Shown: piece by piece, positions 50,458-59,225 of the stretch | Layout of the letters: every line of letters starts with the position of its first letter | Numbering within the stretch: the first letter of the stretch is position 1 | Assembly (NCBI GenBank): GCA_964431835.1 | Contig: CAYSKO010000006.1 | Coordinates: 59,457-123,456, forward strand | Length of the DNA stretch: 64,000 bases | Direction: 5' to 3' | Source: an uncultured Planctomycetia bacterium | GTDB taxonomy: Bacteria > Omnitrophota > Gorgyraeia > 2-02-FULL-51-18 | Translations under genes and position numbers: made by a program | The notes under the pieces: model-generated | Database searches by the model: none | What the model was told of the DNA's origin: nothing | What the model saw: only the letters and a program-made list of their open reading frames with translations

Positions 50458-50960
50458 GGATTCCGACTCCACTTCAGAAACTGACGAACAACCAGAGCGA
50501 GGTGCAGTGCGAGGCCTCCGACGTGAACCAGCTCCTGAGCGAGCTCGAGAAGACCTATCCCGGCATCAAAGAGCGCCTCTGCGACACCGAGGGCAAGTTG
50601 CGCCGCTTCGTGAACGTGTACGTGAACGAAGAGGACATTCGCTTTCTGCAGGGCCAGGAGACGGCGCTCAAGACGGGCGACGACATTTCGATCATCCCGG
50701 CGATCGCCGGTGGTGCCGAGACCTCGAAAAAACGCGTCACGCTCGTTTTTCCGCCCGATCAGATCAAAGAACCGGTCGTTTTCACGATGGCCAAGAAGTA
50801 CGACGTGATGCCGAACATCCGAAAGGCCCGCGTCACCGAGACCGTCGGCGAGATGACCCTCGAGCTCGAGGGTGCCGAAAAGAACCTGGTCGACGGTATC
50901 AAGTACCTGGAATCGCGCGGGATCAAGGTCGAGCCCGTGACCGGGGACAGCGCGCGCTGA
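50442..50960 (+). CDS. MoaD/CysO-like ubiquitin-fold sulfur carrier fused to a NIL domain
   Basis: AAGGAGG SD; [32 protein letters not shown], then L.FP...I.EPV......Y.V.PNIR.A.V...GEM.LEL.G. Confidence 0.9.
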   Translation: MGVKVRIPTPLQKLTNNQSEVQCEASDVNQLLSELEKTYPGIKERLCDTEGKLRRFVNVYVNEEDIRFLQGQETALKTGDDISIIPAIAGGAETSKKRVTLVFPPDQIKEPVVFTMAKKYDVMPNIRKARVTETVGEMTLELEGAEKNLVDGIKYLESRGIKVEPVTGDSAR

Positions 50961-51196
50961 AACGCGTCTTCGGCGTTCTCGTCCGCGCGGTCCTTTACGC
51001 GGCCGCGTACGCCGCCTTTCCGGCGTGGGCGTTCTTCCGCGTTCGCGCCGAAGTCGAAAGCGCTTTCCGCTCGCACGCGGTAGCGCTTCCGCACGAGCCG
51101 TTCGCAGCCGTCTCCGGCGCCGCGGCCGCCTGCTTCGCGATTTCGATTTCCGTCGTCGCCCTGTCGTTCTTGAAAAAAAGGAGCGTGCCCGTATGA
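50957..51196 (+). CDS. small two-TM membrane protein
   Basis: Frame [17 protein letters not shown]...[21 protein letters not shown]; would need a CTG start overlapping the upstream TGA. Confidence 0.45.
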   Translation: MKRVFGVLVRAVLYAAAYAAFPAWAFFRVRAEVESAFRSHAVALPHEPFAAVSGAAAACFAISISVVALSFLKKRSVPV

Positions 51197-51381
51197 AGAA
51201 ATCCGCTTTCGTCGCCTTGTTCATCCTGGGTTCCCTCGTCGCGCCCGCGTTCCAGAGCGCCGCGTCCGCCGACCCGCGCCTCGATAAGGTCCTCGCCAAT
51301 CAGGAACAGATCCTGAAGGAGCTCGAGGAGATCAAAAGGGAGCTCGAAATCGTGAAAGTCCGGGCCACCTTAAGGGGCTAA
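51193..51381 (+). CDS. small exported coiled-coil protein
   Basis: [20 protein letters not shown].. signal peptide, KVL.NQEQIL.EL.EIK.EL.IVK heptads. Confidence 0.72.
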   Translation: MKKSAFVALFILGSLVAPAFQSAASADPRLDKVLANQEQILKELEEIKRELEIVKVRATLRG

Positions 51382-51384
51382 AAA

Positions 51385-51837
51385 GTGAAGTTCTCGACCC
51401 GCACCCTCTACGGACTCCGCGCCGTGCTCGTCCTGGCCAATCGCTTCGGCGAGGGCTCGCTCTCCGTGTCGCAGATCGCGCGCAAGGAAAGCCTCTCGAC
51501 GGCGTATCTCGAGCAGATCCTGAACGCGCTCAAGAAAAAGAGCCTCGTCAAGAGCGTGCGCGGCCCTCAAGGGGGCTATGTGCTCACGAAGAAACCTTCC
51601 GAGATTTCCCTGAAGACCCTCTTCTACGCGCTTGAGGAGGGCGCCGAAGCGGGATCCAACGGCAAGGCTCACGGCCCCGACGGCGACGAAGTGGCCATCG
51701 GGAACCGTATTTTCTGGATGAAACTCCAGGATTCGATCGATGCCGGGCTCGGCGCGACCACCTTAAAAGACCTCATCGACGAAGCCCGCCGCGTGAAGAA
51801 AACCAAGTCCTCAGGCTCCCCCAATTTCCATATCTAA
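51385..51837 (+). CDS. Rrf2 family regulator, CymR-like (no Cys)
   Basis: MKFST...YGLRA, YLEQIL..LKK..LV.SVRGP.GGY.L; no cysteines; C-terminus NFHI. Confidence 0.9.
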   Translation: MKFSTRTLYGLRAVLVLANRFGEGSLSVSQIARKESLSTAYLEQILNALKKKSLVKSVRGPQGGYVLTKKPSEISLKTLFYALEEGAEAGSNGKAHGPDGDEVAIGNRIFWMKLQDSIDAGLGATTLKDLIDEARRVKKTKSSGSPNFHI

Positions 51838-51974
51838 AACCGCTCGGCACGCCCTCCCGTTTTTTCGCTTTCCTCGAAAGCCCATGCTATAATGATCGGA
51901 CTTTTAAAGCCGCTCCCTCTCTGGGCGAGCGGATATTTTATCTTCTAACATTATATGTAATTCCTTATGTTAGA

Positions 51975-52556
51975 ATGAGTTATGAGGATATGCTGACCAA
52001 ACAGAACGCACGGCAGGAACTGCGAGCGCGGCTCTCCGCCCAAGACCCGACCGACCGGGCGCGGCGAAGCCTGCTCATCCAACGGAAGCTCTTTTACTTG
52101 GAGACGTTCCGGAAGGCGCGCTGCGTGCTTTTCTTCGCTTCCCTGCCCGGCGAGGTGGACACGGCCTCGATGATCGACGCGGCGATCGAGAGCGGTAAGC
52201 GCGTGCTGGTTCCGCTCACGGATCTCGCGGCTCGGCGGCTCGATCTTTTCGAGATACGCGACCGTTCGGAGTTGAAAAAAGGCGCGACACTCGGAATTCC
52301 CGAACCCGACCCCGCGTCTGCGCGGCGCGCCTCGGCGTCGGAAGTGGAATTCGCGGTCGTCCCGGGTCTCGGCTTCGACGCGGACAGGAACCGCATCGGC
52401 CGCGGCGCGGGCTTGTACGACCGGTTTCTCACGTCACTCGCGCCAGGGACGCCCAAAGTGGCGATCGCGTTCGCGTGCCAGATCCTGCCGAGTGTGCCGG
52501 TGGAAGAGTTCGACGTGAAAGTGGACCTCATCTTAACCGAAGAAGGACAAGTATGA
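51975..52556 (+). CDS. ygfA: 5-formyltetrahydrofolate cyclo-ligase
   Basis: K...R..LR, EVDT, GI.EP, VVPGLGFD..RNRIGRG.G.YDRFL, D.ILTE. Confidence 0.9.
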   Translation: MSYEDMLTKQNARQELRARLSAQDPTDRARRSLLIQRKLFYLETFRKARCVLFFASLPGEVDTASMIDAAIESGKRVLVPLTDLAARRLDLFEIRDRSELKKGATLGIPEPDPASARRASASEVEFAVVPGLGFDADRNRIGRGAGLYDRFLTSLAPGTPKVAIAFACQILPSVPVEEFDVKVDLILTEEGQV

Positions 52557-54124
52557 ACCTCACGATTCTCGTTATCTATCTCGTCGGCAGCCTCTTTTTC
52601 GGCGCGGTCGCGTTCGCGGCCGGCTGGGTCGTGCGGAAGCGCGTGGCCGAACGGCTCATCCGCACCGCCGAATCCAAAGCGCGCGAGATCCTCGTCGCCG
52701 CCAAACGCGAGTCCGAAGAGACGCTGAAGCGCTCCGACAAAGACGCCAAACAGCTCGTCTTCCGCGCGCAGAGCGAGTTCGATTCGAAGACGGCCCAGCG
52801 CATGCGGGACTTGGAGAACCGCGAGAAGGTCCTCTCGCACAAGGAAGAGACGACCCGCGACAGCGAACGGGGGATCGAGAAAAAGGAGCGCGAAGCCGCG
52901 TTCCGGCTCCAGGAAGCGGAGACGGTCGAGAAGACGCTCGACGAGAAGAACCGCTCGATCGACAAGCTCCTCGACGCGCAGCGCACCGCGCTCGCGGCGA
53001 TCGCCCAGCTCGACGTCGAAGCGGCCAAGCGCGAATATCTCCGCCGCCTCGAAATCGACCTGCGGGGGGACGCGTCGAAGCTCATCCGCCAAAGCGAGAC
53101 CGAAGCCCGCGAGGAAGCCGACAAGAAGGCGAAGTGGATCCTCTCCCTGGCGATCCAGCGCTGCGCGGCCCAGCACTCGATGGAATCCACCGCGACATTG
53201 GTCCAGCTCCCGAGCGACGAAATGAAAGGCCGCATCATCGGCAAGGACGGCCGCAACATCAAGACCTTCGAGACGCTCACCGGCGTCGACGTGGTTATCG
53301 ACGAAACCCCCGGCACGGTCACGCTCTCGGCCTTCGACGGCGTCCGCCGCGAGGTCGCGCGCCAGGCGCTCGTCGAGCTTCTGCGCGACGGCCGCATCCA
53401 GCCTGCGCGCATTGAGGAAGTCGTCCAGAAGACGAAGCGCTCCATGGAGAACACTTTGAAGGAAGAAGGCGAGAAAGCCATGGCCGACGCGAACGTGCCG
53501 ACCATGCACCCCGAGCTCGTGAAGCTCCTCGGTCGTCTGCGCTTCCGCTCGAGTTACGGGCAGAACGTGCTCGACCACTCGGTGGAAACCGCCTATCTCA
53601 TGAACGTCATCGCCGGCGAGATGAAACTCGACCCGCTCCTGGCGCGCCGCGCTGGGCTCCTGCACGACATCGGCAAGGCCGTTTCGTCCGACGTCGAAGG
53701 TCCGCACGCCTTGATCGGCGGCGAACTCGCGCGCCGCTACGGCGAGCACCCGGACGTGATTCACGGAATCGAAGCGCACCACGAGGACATCGAGATGAAG
53801 TCGCCGTGGCCCATGCTCGTCCAGGCCGCCGACGCCGTTTCGGCCGCGCGTCCCGGCGCCCGCCGCGAGAGCCTCGAAAATTACGTCAAGCGCCTGAAGC
53901 AATTGGAAGAGATCGCCGACAAGCATCCGGGCGTCGAGAAGTCGTACGCGATCCAGGGCGGCCGCGAGGTCCGCGTGGTCGTTCGCCCCGAGCGGGTGCC
54001 TGAAGATTCGCTCCCGGCGCTCGCGCGCGAGGTCGCGAAGAAGATCGAAGAAACGCTCGATTTCCCCGGGCAGATCAAAGTCATCGTGATCCGCGAGACG
54101 CGGGTCGAAGACGCCGCGAAGTAA
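52553..54124 (+). CDS. rny: ribonuclease Y
   Basis: N-terminal TM, coiled coil, EMKGRIIGKDGRNI KH domain, SYGQNVL.HS, GLLHDIGK, YAIQGGREVRV; start ATG 52553. Confidence 0.95.
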   Translation: MNLTILVIYLVGSLFFGAVAFAAGWVVRKRVAERLIRTAESKAREILVAAKRESEETLKRSDKDAKQLVFRAQSEFDSKTAQRMRDLENREKVLSHKEETTRDSERGIEKKEREAAFRLQEAETVEKTLDEKNRSIDKLLDAQRTALAAIAQLDVEAAKREYLRRLEIDLRGDASKLIRQSETEAREEADKKAKWILSLAIQRCAAQHSMESTATLVQLPSDEMKGRIIGKDGRNIKTFETLTGVDVVIDETPGTVTLSAFDGVRREVARQALVELLRDGRIQPARIEEVVQKTKRSMENTLKEEGEKAMADANVPTMHPELVKLLGRLRFRSSYGQNVLDHSVETAYLMNVIAGEMKLDPLLARRAGLLHDIGKAVSSDVEGPHALIGGELARRYGEHPDVIHGIEAHHEDIEMKSPWPMLVQAADAVSAARPGARRESLENYVKRLKQLEEIADKHPGVEKSYAIQGGREVRVVVRPERVPEDSLPALAREVAKKIEETLDFPGQIKVIVIRETRVEDAAK

Positions 54125-54139
54125 ACCGAAAGGGCGCCC

Positions 54140-54934
54140 GTGATCTTAAAGATCCTTCTCATCGGCGATACCTACGGCGAGCCGGGCCGCAAAGCCGTCG
54201 AGAAGCACGTCGCCGCGATGAAGCGCTCGGGCGAAGCGGATTTCGTGGTCTGCAACGCCGAGAACTCGGCAGACGGCGCGGGCATCACCGAGCGCATCGC
54301 CCGTGAACTTTTTCAGGTGGGGTGCGACGTCCTGACGTGCGGCGACCACGCGTTCGACAAGAGAAAAGACATCGAAGCCGCGTTCAAGAACGACCCGCGG
54401 CTCCTGCGTCCCGCGAATTTCCCGAAGGCGCTTCCCGGAGCGGGCTCGTGCGTCATCGAGTGCAAGGGCGTGAAGATCGGCGTGATCCACGTCGCGGGGC
54501 AGGTGTTCATGCGTTACCATTTCGATTCGCCGTTCCGCGCGGTCGACGAAGAGATCGAGAAAGTGAAGAAGGCGGGCGCTCAGGTGGTGGTGATCGACGT
54601 CCACGCGGAGGCCACGAGCGAGAAGATGGCGCTCTCGTGGTACGTCGACGGACGCGTCGCCGCCGCGGTCGGTTCGCACACGCACGTTCAGACCGCCGAC
54701 GAACGCGTGACCGCCAAGGGCACTGCCTGCCTGACCGATCTCGGCATGACCGGGCCGCACGACTCGGTGATCGGCGCGGAGAAGGAAGCGATCATCCAGC
54801 GTTTTCTTCTTCAAGCCGGCGCCCAGCGGAAGGAAGTGGCGCAGAACGACGTCAAGCTCTGCGGGGCGCTCGTTTCGGTGGATTCGCTCACCGGACGCGC
54901 GACCGCGATCGAACGGGTCCAGAGAGCGCTTTGA
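54140..54934 (+). CDS. ymdB: YmdB/TIGR00282 metallophosphoesterase
   Basis: IGD..G.PGR, NAENS, GDHAFD, DVHAEATSEK, GSHTHVQTADER, TDLGMTGP. Confidence 0.9.
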   Translation: MILKILLIGDTYGEPGRKAVEKHVAAMKRSGEADFVVCNAENSADGAGITERIARELFQVGCDVLTCGDHAFDKRKDIEAAFKNDPRLLRPANFPKALPGAGSCVIECKGVKIGVIHVAGQVFMRYHFDSPFRAVDEEIEKVKKAGAQVVVIDVHAEATSEKMALSWYVDGRVAAAVGSHTHVQTADERVTAKGTACLTDLGMTGPHDSVIGAEKEAIIQRFLLQAGAQRKEVAQNDVKLCGALVSVDSLTGRATAIERVQRAL

Positions 54935-56148
54935 CGGTCGCCCCGGTGGAGCGGCAGGTGTTCACGGTCGCCGAGCTCACCCGGAACGTGCGTTTTCTCC
55001 TCGAGGACATGTTTCCGGGGGTCTGGGTCGAAGGCGAGATCGGCGGATTCAAGCGCCATTCGTCCGGCCATTCTTATTTTTGCGTGAAGGACGCGGAGGC
55101 CCAGCTTTCGTGCGTGATGTTCCGCCGGGAGGGCCAGGCGCTCGCGTTTGAGCCCGAAGAGGGACTCAAAGTTCTCGTCTACGGGCGTCTCAGCGTGTAC
55201 TCGCAGCGCGGGCAGTACCAGCTTTACGTGGAGCGCATGGAGCCGCAGGGACTCGGCGCGCTCCAGCTGCGTTTCCAGCAGCTCAAAGAGAAGCTCGAGA
55301 AGGAAGGCCTGTTCGACGCGGCCAGGAAGCGCGAGATCCCGGCACTGCCTCAAACGATCGGCATCGTGACCTCGGCGGATGGCGCCGCGCTCCGCGACGT
55401 CTTGAACGTGCTTGGCCGGCGCATGCCGTGCCAGCACGTCGTGATCCTTCCGACGGCCGTGCAAGGCTCTGGCGCGGCGGTGCAGATCGCAGCGGCGATC
55501 GACGAAGCCAACGAACTCGGGCTCGCGGACGTCCTTCTCGTGACGCGCGGCGGCGGAAGCCTCGAAGACCTCTGGGCGTTCAACGAGGAGATCGTTGCGC
55601 GGGCGATCCACCGTTCCGAAATTCCGGTGGTCTCGGCGGTCGGACACGAAATCGATTTCACGATCGCGGACTTCGTCGCGGATTTGCGCGCGGCGACGCC
55701 TTCGGCGGCGGCGGAGCTCCTCGTTCCGGTGCGCGACGAACTTTTGGGGAGGATCGAGGAGCTGAAGGGCCGCGGGTTTCAGGCGGCCCTGGCGCGCGTC
55801 CGAATTTTGAAGCGCGAGGTCGATTCGCTCGCCTCGAGTGCGGTCATGCGCGACCCTTTGCGGTATTTCGAGGTCCAGTGCCAGCGGCTCGACGAATTCC
55901 GCCGCCAGATCGCGTCGCGTTTCGAGGCCGTCGTGCGCTGGAAGCGCGAACGCGCGCTCGCGCTCGCCGGACGGCTCGAAGCTCTCGGGCCGCTCTCGAC
56001 CTTGAAGCGCGGCTTCGCGGTCGCTCTTAAATTGCCGGAAGGCCGCGTGGTCACGGACGTGCGGAAGCTCAAAGCCGGCGACCGCGTCGAGACGAGGCTC
56101 GCGAAGGGATATTTCATCGGGGAAGTGAAGGAAACGCATCCGGAGTGA
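54931..56148 (+). CDS. xseA: exodeoxyribonuclease VII large subunit
   Basis: VWVEGEI, SGH.YF..KD, EGLFD..RKR, RGGGS.EDLW.FN.E, SAVGHE.D.TIAD.VAD.RA.TPS; TTG start. Confidence 0.94.
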   Translation: MTVAPVERQVFTVAELTRNVRFLLEDMFPGVWVEGEIGGFKRHSSGHSYFCVKDAEAQLSCVMFRREGQALAFEPEEGLKVLVYGRLSVYSQRGQYQLYVERMEPQGLGALQLRFQQLKEKLEKEGLFDAARKREIPALPQTIGIVTSADGAALRDVLNVLGRRMPCQHVVILPTAVQGSGAAVQIAAAIDEANELGLADVLLVTRGGGSLEDLWAFNEEIVARAIHRSEIPVVSAVGHEIDFTIADFVADLRAATPSAAAELLVPVRDELLGRIEELKGRGFQAALARVRILKREVDSLASSAVMRDPLRYFEVQCQRLDEFRRQIASRFEAVVRWKRERALALAGRLEALGPLSTLKRGFAVALKLPEGRVVTDVRKLKAGDRVETRLAKGYFIGEVKETHPE

Positions 56149-56159
56149 AGGAGATGAAG

Positions 56160-56426
56160 ATGGCGCAGGAACCCAAGGACATGGAATTCGAGCCGGCGCT
56201 CAAGCGGCTTGAGACGATCGTCGAAAACCTGGAACGCGGCGAGCTTTCGCTCGACGAGGCGCTCAAGGCCTACGAGGAAGGCGTCCGCATGGCCGACGTC
56301 TGTTCGAAACGCCTGACCGAGGCCGAGAAGCGCATCGAGGTCCTCATGAAGTCGACCGGTGGAAAGCCTAAGATCGTCGCTTTCGAAGAGGGAGAGGATG
56401 ACGCCCAGAAAAAGCGCCGCAAATAA
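56160..56426 (+). CDS. xseB: exodeoxyribonuclease VII small subunit
   Basis: FE.AL.RLE.IV..LE.GELSL.EAL..YEEG. Confidence 0.93.
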   Translation: MAQEPKDMEFEPALKRLETIVENLERGELSLDEALKAYEEGVRMADVCSKRLTEAEKRIEVLMKSTGGKPKIVAFEEGEDDAQKKRRK

Positions 56427-57267
56427 GGCGTTCGACCTCGACGTTTTTTTCGAGGCCGAAAAAAAGAAGATTGAAACACATCTCGAGCGCGTTCTGCCGA
56501 GGGCGGAAGCCCGCCCGGCAGACCTCTGCGCCGCTGTGCGCTACGCGGTGCTCTCCGGGGGCAAGCGCATCCGGCCGATCCTCGCGCTCGAGGCTTGCCG
56601 CGCCGTCGGCGGGAACGAACGCGACGCCCTGCCCGCAGCGGCGGCGCTCGAGCTCATCCACAGCTACTCGCTCGTCCACGACGACCTGCCCTGCATGGAC
56701 GATGACGACGTGCGTCGCGGCCAGCCCACGTGCCATAAGAAGTACGGGGAAGTCACGGCGCTTCTGGCCGGCGACGCGCTCCTGACCCTCGCTTTCCGCG
56801 TGCTTGCGAACCCCGACGGTCTCCGTGGCGCGACCGCGTTCGCGCGGCGTCTGCGCGCGACGGCGGTGGTTGCCGAAGCGGCGGGTCTTCACGGAATGGT
56901 CGGCGGCCAAGCCGTCGACGTCCTCTTCAAGGAAAAGGAACCCGATCTCCCGACTATCGAATACATCAACGCCCACAAGTCGGGCGCGCTGATCGCCGCC
57001 GCGCTCGAGGCGGGGGCGATCCTGGGCGGCGGCACTCCTAGAGAGATCGCCGCGCTCGCGCATTACGGTCGCTCGATCGGCCTGCTTTTCCAGGTCGTGG
57101 ATGATATACTGGACCGCGAAGGGTACGCCAAGGTGATCGGCGTCCCCGAAGCTCGTAAGGAAGCCGAGGAACTCCTCGAGCGGGCCAAGCGCCACCTCGC
57201 CCCCTTGCGCGCCCAGGGGCGGGTCTTGGAAGAAATTGCCGAATTTATTCTCATGAGGACGAGCTGA
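56398..57267 (+). CDS. ispA: polyprenyl (farnesyl/geranylgeranyl) diphosphate synthase
   Basis: GGKRIRP, IHSYSLVHDDLPCMDDDD.RRG.PT.H, GMVGGQ, FQVVDDILD. Confidence 0.9.
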   Translation: MTPRKSAANKAFDLDVFFEAEKKKIETHLERVLPRAEARPADLCAAVRYAVLSGGKRIRPILALEACRAVGGNERDALPAAAALELIHSYSLVHDDLPCMDDDDVRRGQPTCHKKYGEVTALLAGDALLTLAFRVLANPDGLRGATAFARRLRATAVVAEAAGLHGMVGGQAVDVLFKEKEPDLPTIEYINAHKSGALIAAALEAGAILGGGTPREIAALAHYGRSIGLLFQVVDDILDREGYAKVIGVPEARKEAEELLERAKRHLAPLRAQGRVLEEIAEFILMRTS

Positions 57268-59225
57268 TGGGCCCCTTGTTGTCCCGGATCCAAAGTCCCG
57301 ACGACGTGAAGAAGCTTTCGCACAAGGAGCTCGAGGAGCTCACGACCGAGCTTCGCGCGTACATTCTCGAGGTCGTCTCCGTGAACGGCGGCCATCTCGG
57401 CGCCGCTCTCGGCGCGGTCGACCTCACGGTCGCGCTCCACTACTGCTTTACGACCCCCGTCGACACCGTCGTCTGGGACGTCGGCCACCAGGTGCACGCC
57501 CACAAGATCCTCACCGGACGCCGCGAGGCGTTCAAGACGTTCCGTCAGCCCGGCGGGATGTCGGGCTTCTCCAACAAAGACGAGAGCGAGCACGATCCGT
57601 TCACGACCGGCCACGCAGCCACGTCCATTTCGACCGGGCTCGGCATCGCGGTCGGCCGGCGTGTTTCGAGTGAAGGCGGTAAGGTCGTCGCGATCATCGG
57701 CGACGCGTCGATCGTCTCGGGCATGGCGTTCGAGGCGATGAACCACGCCGGCCACTTGAAGGACGACCTCATCGTGATCCTGAACGACAACGAGATGTCG
57801 ATCTCTCCGACCGTCGGCGCGTTCTCGGGGTATTTGAACCGCATCATTTCGAACCCGTCCTACAACCGTATGCGAAAGAACGTCGAGAACGCGATCCGCC
57901 ACATCCCGAAGGTCGGCGAGCGCATGGTGAAGAAGGCCAAGAAGATCGACGAGGGCGTGAAGAACCTGTTCATGCCGGGCCTCCTCTTCGAAGAGATGGG
58001 ATTCCGGTATTTTGGTCCGATCGACGGACACGACGTCCACGGCTTGGTCCAGATCCTGCACAACGTCTCGCTGATCAAGGGCCCGGTGTTCCTGCACGTC
58101 GTCACGAAGAAGGGCCGCGGCTATAAGATCGCCGAAGGGGACCCGCAGAAATGGCACGCCTCGACTCCGTTCGAGCTCGAGACCGGTTGCGTGCGGAAGA
58201 CCTCCTCCTCGCGCACGTACACGCAGGCGTTCGGCGAAGCGGCGCTCGAAGCCGCCGAGAAGAATCCGAAAGTCGTCGCGATCACGGCGGCGATGTGCGA
58301 CGGCACGGGACTACTCGAATTCTCGAAGCGTTTCCCGGACCGCTTTTTCGACGTCGGCATCGCCGAAGAGCACGGCGTCGCGTTCGCTGCGGGGCTCGCG
58401 GAGGCGGGAATCCGGCCTCTGGCCGCCATTTATTCCACGTTCCTCCAACGCGCACACGACCAGATCATCCACGACGTCGCGCTCCAGCGGCTCCCGGTCG
58501 CTTTTTGTCTCGACCGTGCGGGGCTGGTCGGTGAAGACGGCCCGACGCACCACGGCACCTTCGACATCGCGTACATGCGGAAAGTTCCGGGCATGACCGT
58601 TCTTTCGCCCCGCGACGGCCGGGAGCTCGCGCTCATGACCGCGTTCGTCGCCGAACACACGGCGGGACCGATTTCGCTCCGCTATCCGCGCGGTCCGGTC
58701 GCCGAAGAATCGGCGAGCCCGCTTCGCGATCGTACCCCCGAACCGCTCCGCCTGGGCGCCGCCGAGACGCTCCGCGCCGGCAAAGACGTCCTTTTCATCG
58801 CGTTCGGCAGCATGGTGTACCCCGCGTTCGAGGCGGCCGAAGCGCTCGCCGCCGACGGGGTCGAAGCGGCCGTTTTGAACGCCCGTTTCGCGAAGCCTCT
58901 GGACGAAGAAACGATCCTGCGCCTGGCGGACGGGAAGAAACTCGTCTTGACCGCGGAGGAAGGATCGCTGCCGGGAGGATTCGGAGCCGCGGTGCTGGAG
59001 CTCTTCGCTCGCCAGGACACGGCGATGCCGCCGGTTAAGAATCTCGGTATTCCCGACCGCTTCATCGAGCACGGCAAACGGGACGTGCTTTTGGATTCGA
59101 TCGGCCTCTCGGCCGCGAAGATGCGGCAGGAAGTCCTTAGAACTCTCGGGATTTCCGCGCGTCCCCGGAACGGGAACGGCTCGGGCGGGGAAAAGCTTAC
59201 TTCCGAATCGTTACGGAGTCGTTGA
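57267..59225 (+). CDS. dxs: 1-deoxy-D-xylulose-5-phosphate synthase
   Basis: GGHLG, WDVGHQ, GD.S...G.AFEA.N, LNDNEMSI, DVGIAE.H, IYSTFLQRA, DG.THHG. Confidence 0.96.
   Translation: MGPLLSRIQSPDDVKKLSHKELEELTTELRAYILEVVSVNGGHLGAALGAVDLTVALHYCFTTPVDTVVWDVGHQVHAHKILTGRREAFKTFRQPGGMSGFSNKDESEHDPFTTGHAATSISTGLGIAVGRRVSSEGGKVVAIIGDASIVSGMAFEAMNHAGHLKDDLIVILNDNEMSISPTVGAFSGYLNRIISNPSYNRMRKNVENAIRHIPKVGERMVKKAKKIDEGVKNLFMPGLLFEEMGFRYFGPIDGHDVHGLVQILHNVSLIKGPVFLHVVTKKGRGYKIAEGDPQKWHASTPFELETGCVRKTSSSRTYTQAFGEAALEAAEKNPKVVAITAAMCDGTGLLEFSKRFPDRFFDVGIAEEHGVAFAAGLAEAGIRPLAAIYSTFLQRAHDQIIHDVALQRLPVAFCLDRAGLVGEDGPTHHGTFDIAYMRKVPGMTVLSPRDGRELALMTAFVAEHTAGPISLRYPRGPVAEESASPLRDRTPEPLRLGAAETLRAGKDVLFIAFGSMVYPAFEAAEALAADGVEAAVLNARFAKPLDEETILRLADGKKLVLTAEEGSLPGGFGAAVLELFARQDTAMPPVKNLGIPDRFIEHGKRDVLLDSIGLSAAKMRQEVLRTLGISARPRNGNGSGGEKLTSESLRSR

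Noticed and set aside
51193-51381. C-terminal LRG of the small exported protein as a ubiquitin-like tail
   Set aside because: Single Gly, coiled-coil rather than beta-grasp sequence, and a signal peptide; probably coincidental.
51838-51975. 6S RNA upstream of ygfA, or a dif site (TTATGTTAGAA resembles a XerD arm)
   Set aside because: Too short for a ~180-nt 6S RNA. The arm spacing does not fit the 11-6-11 dif layout, and the locus is origin-proximal.
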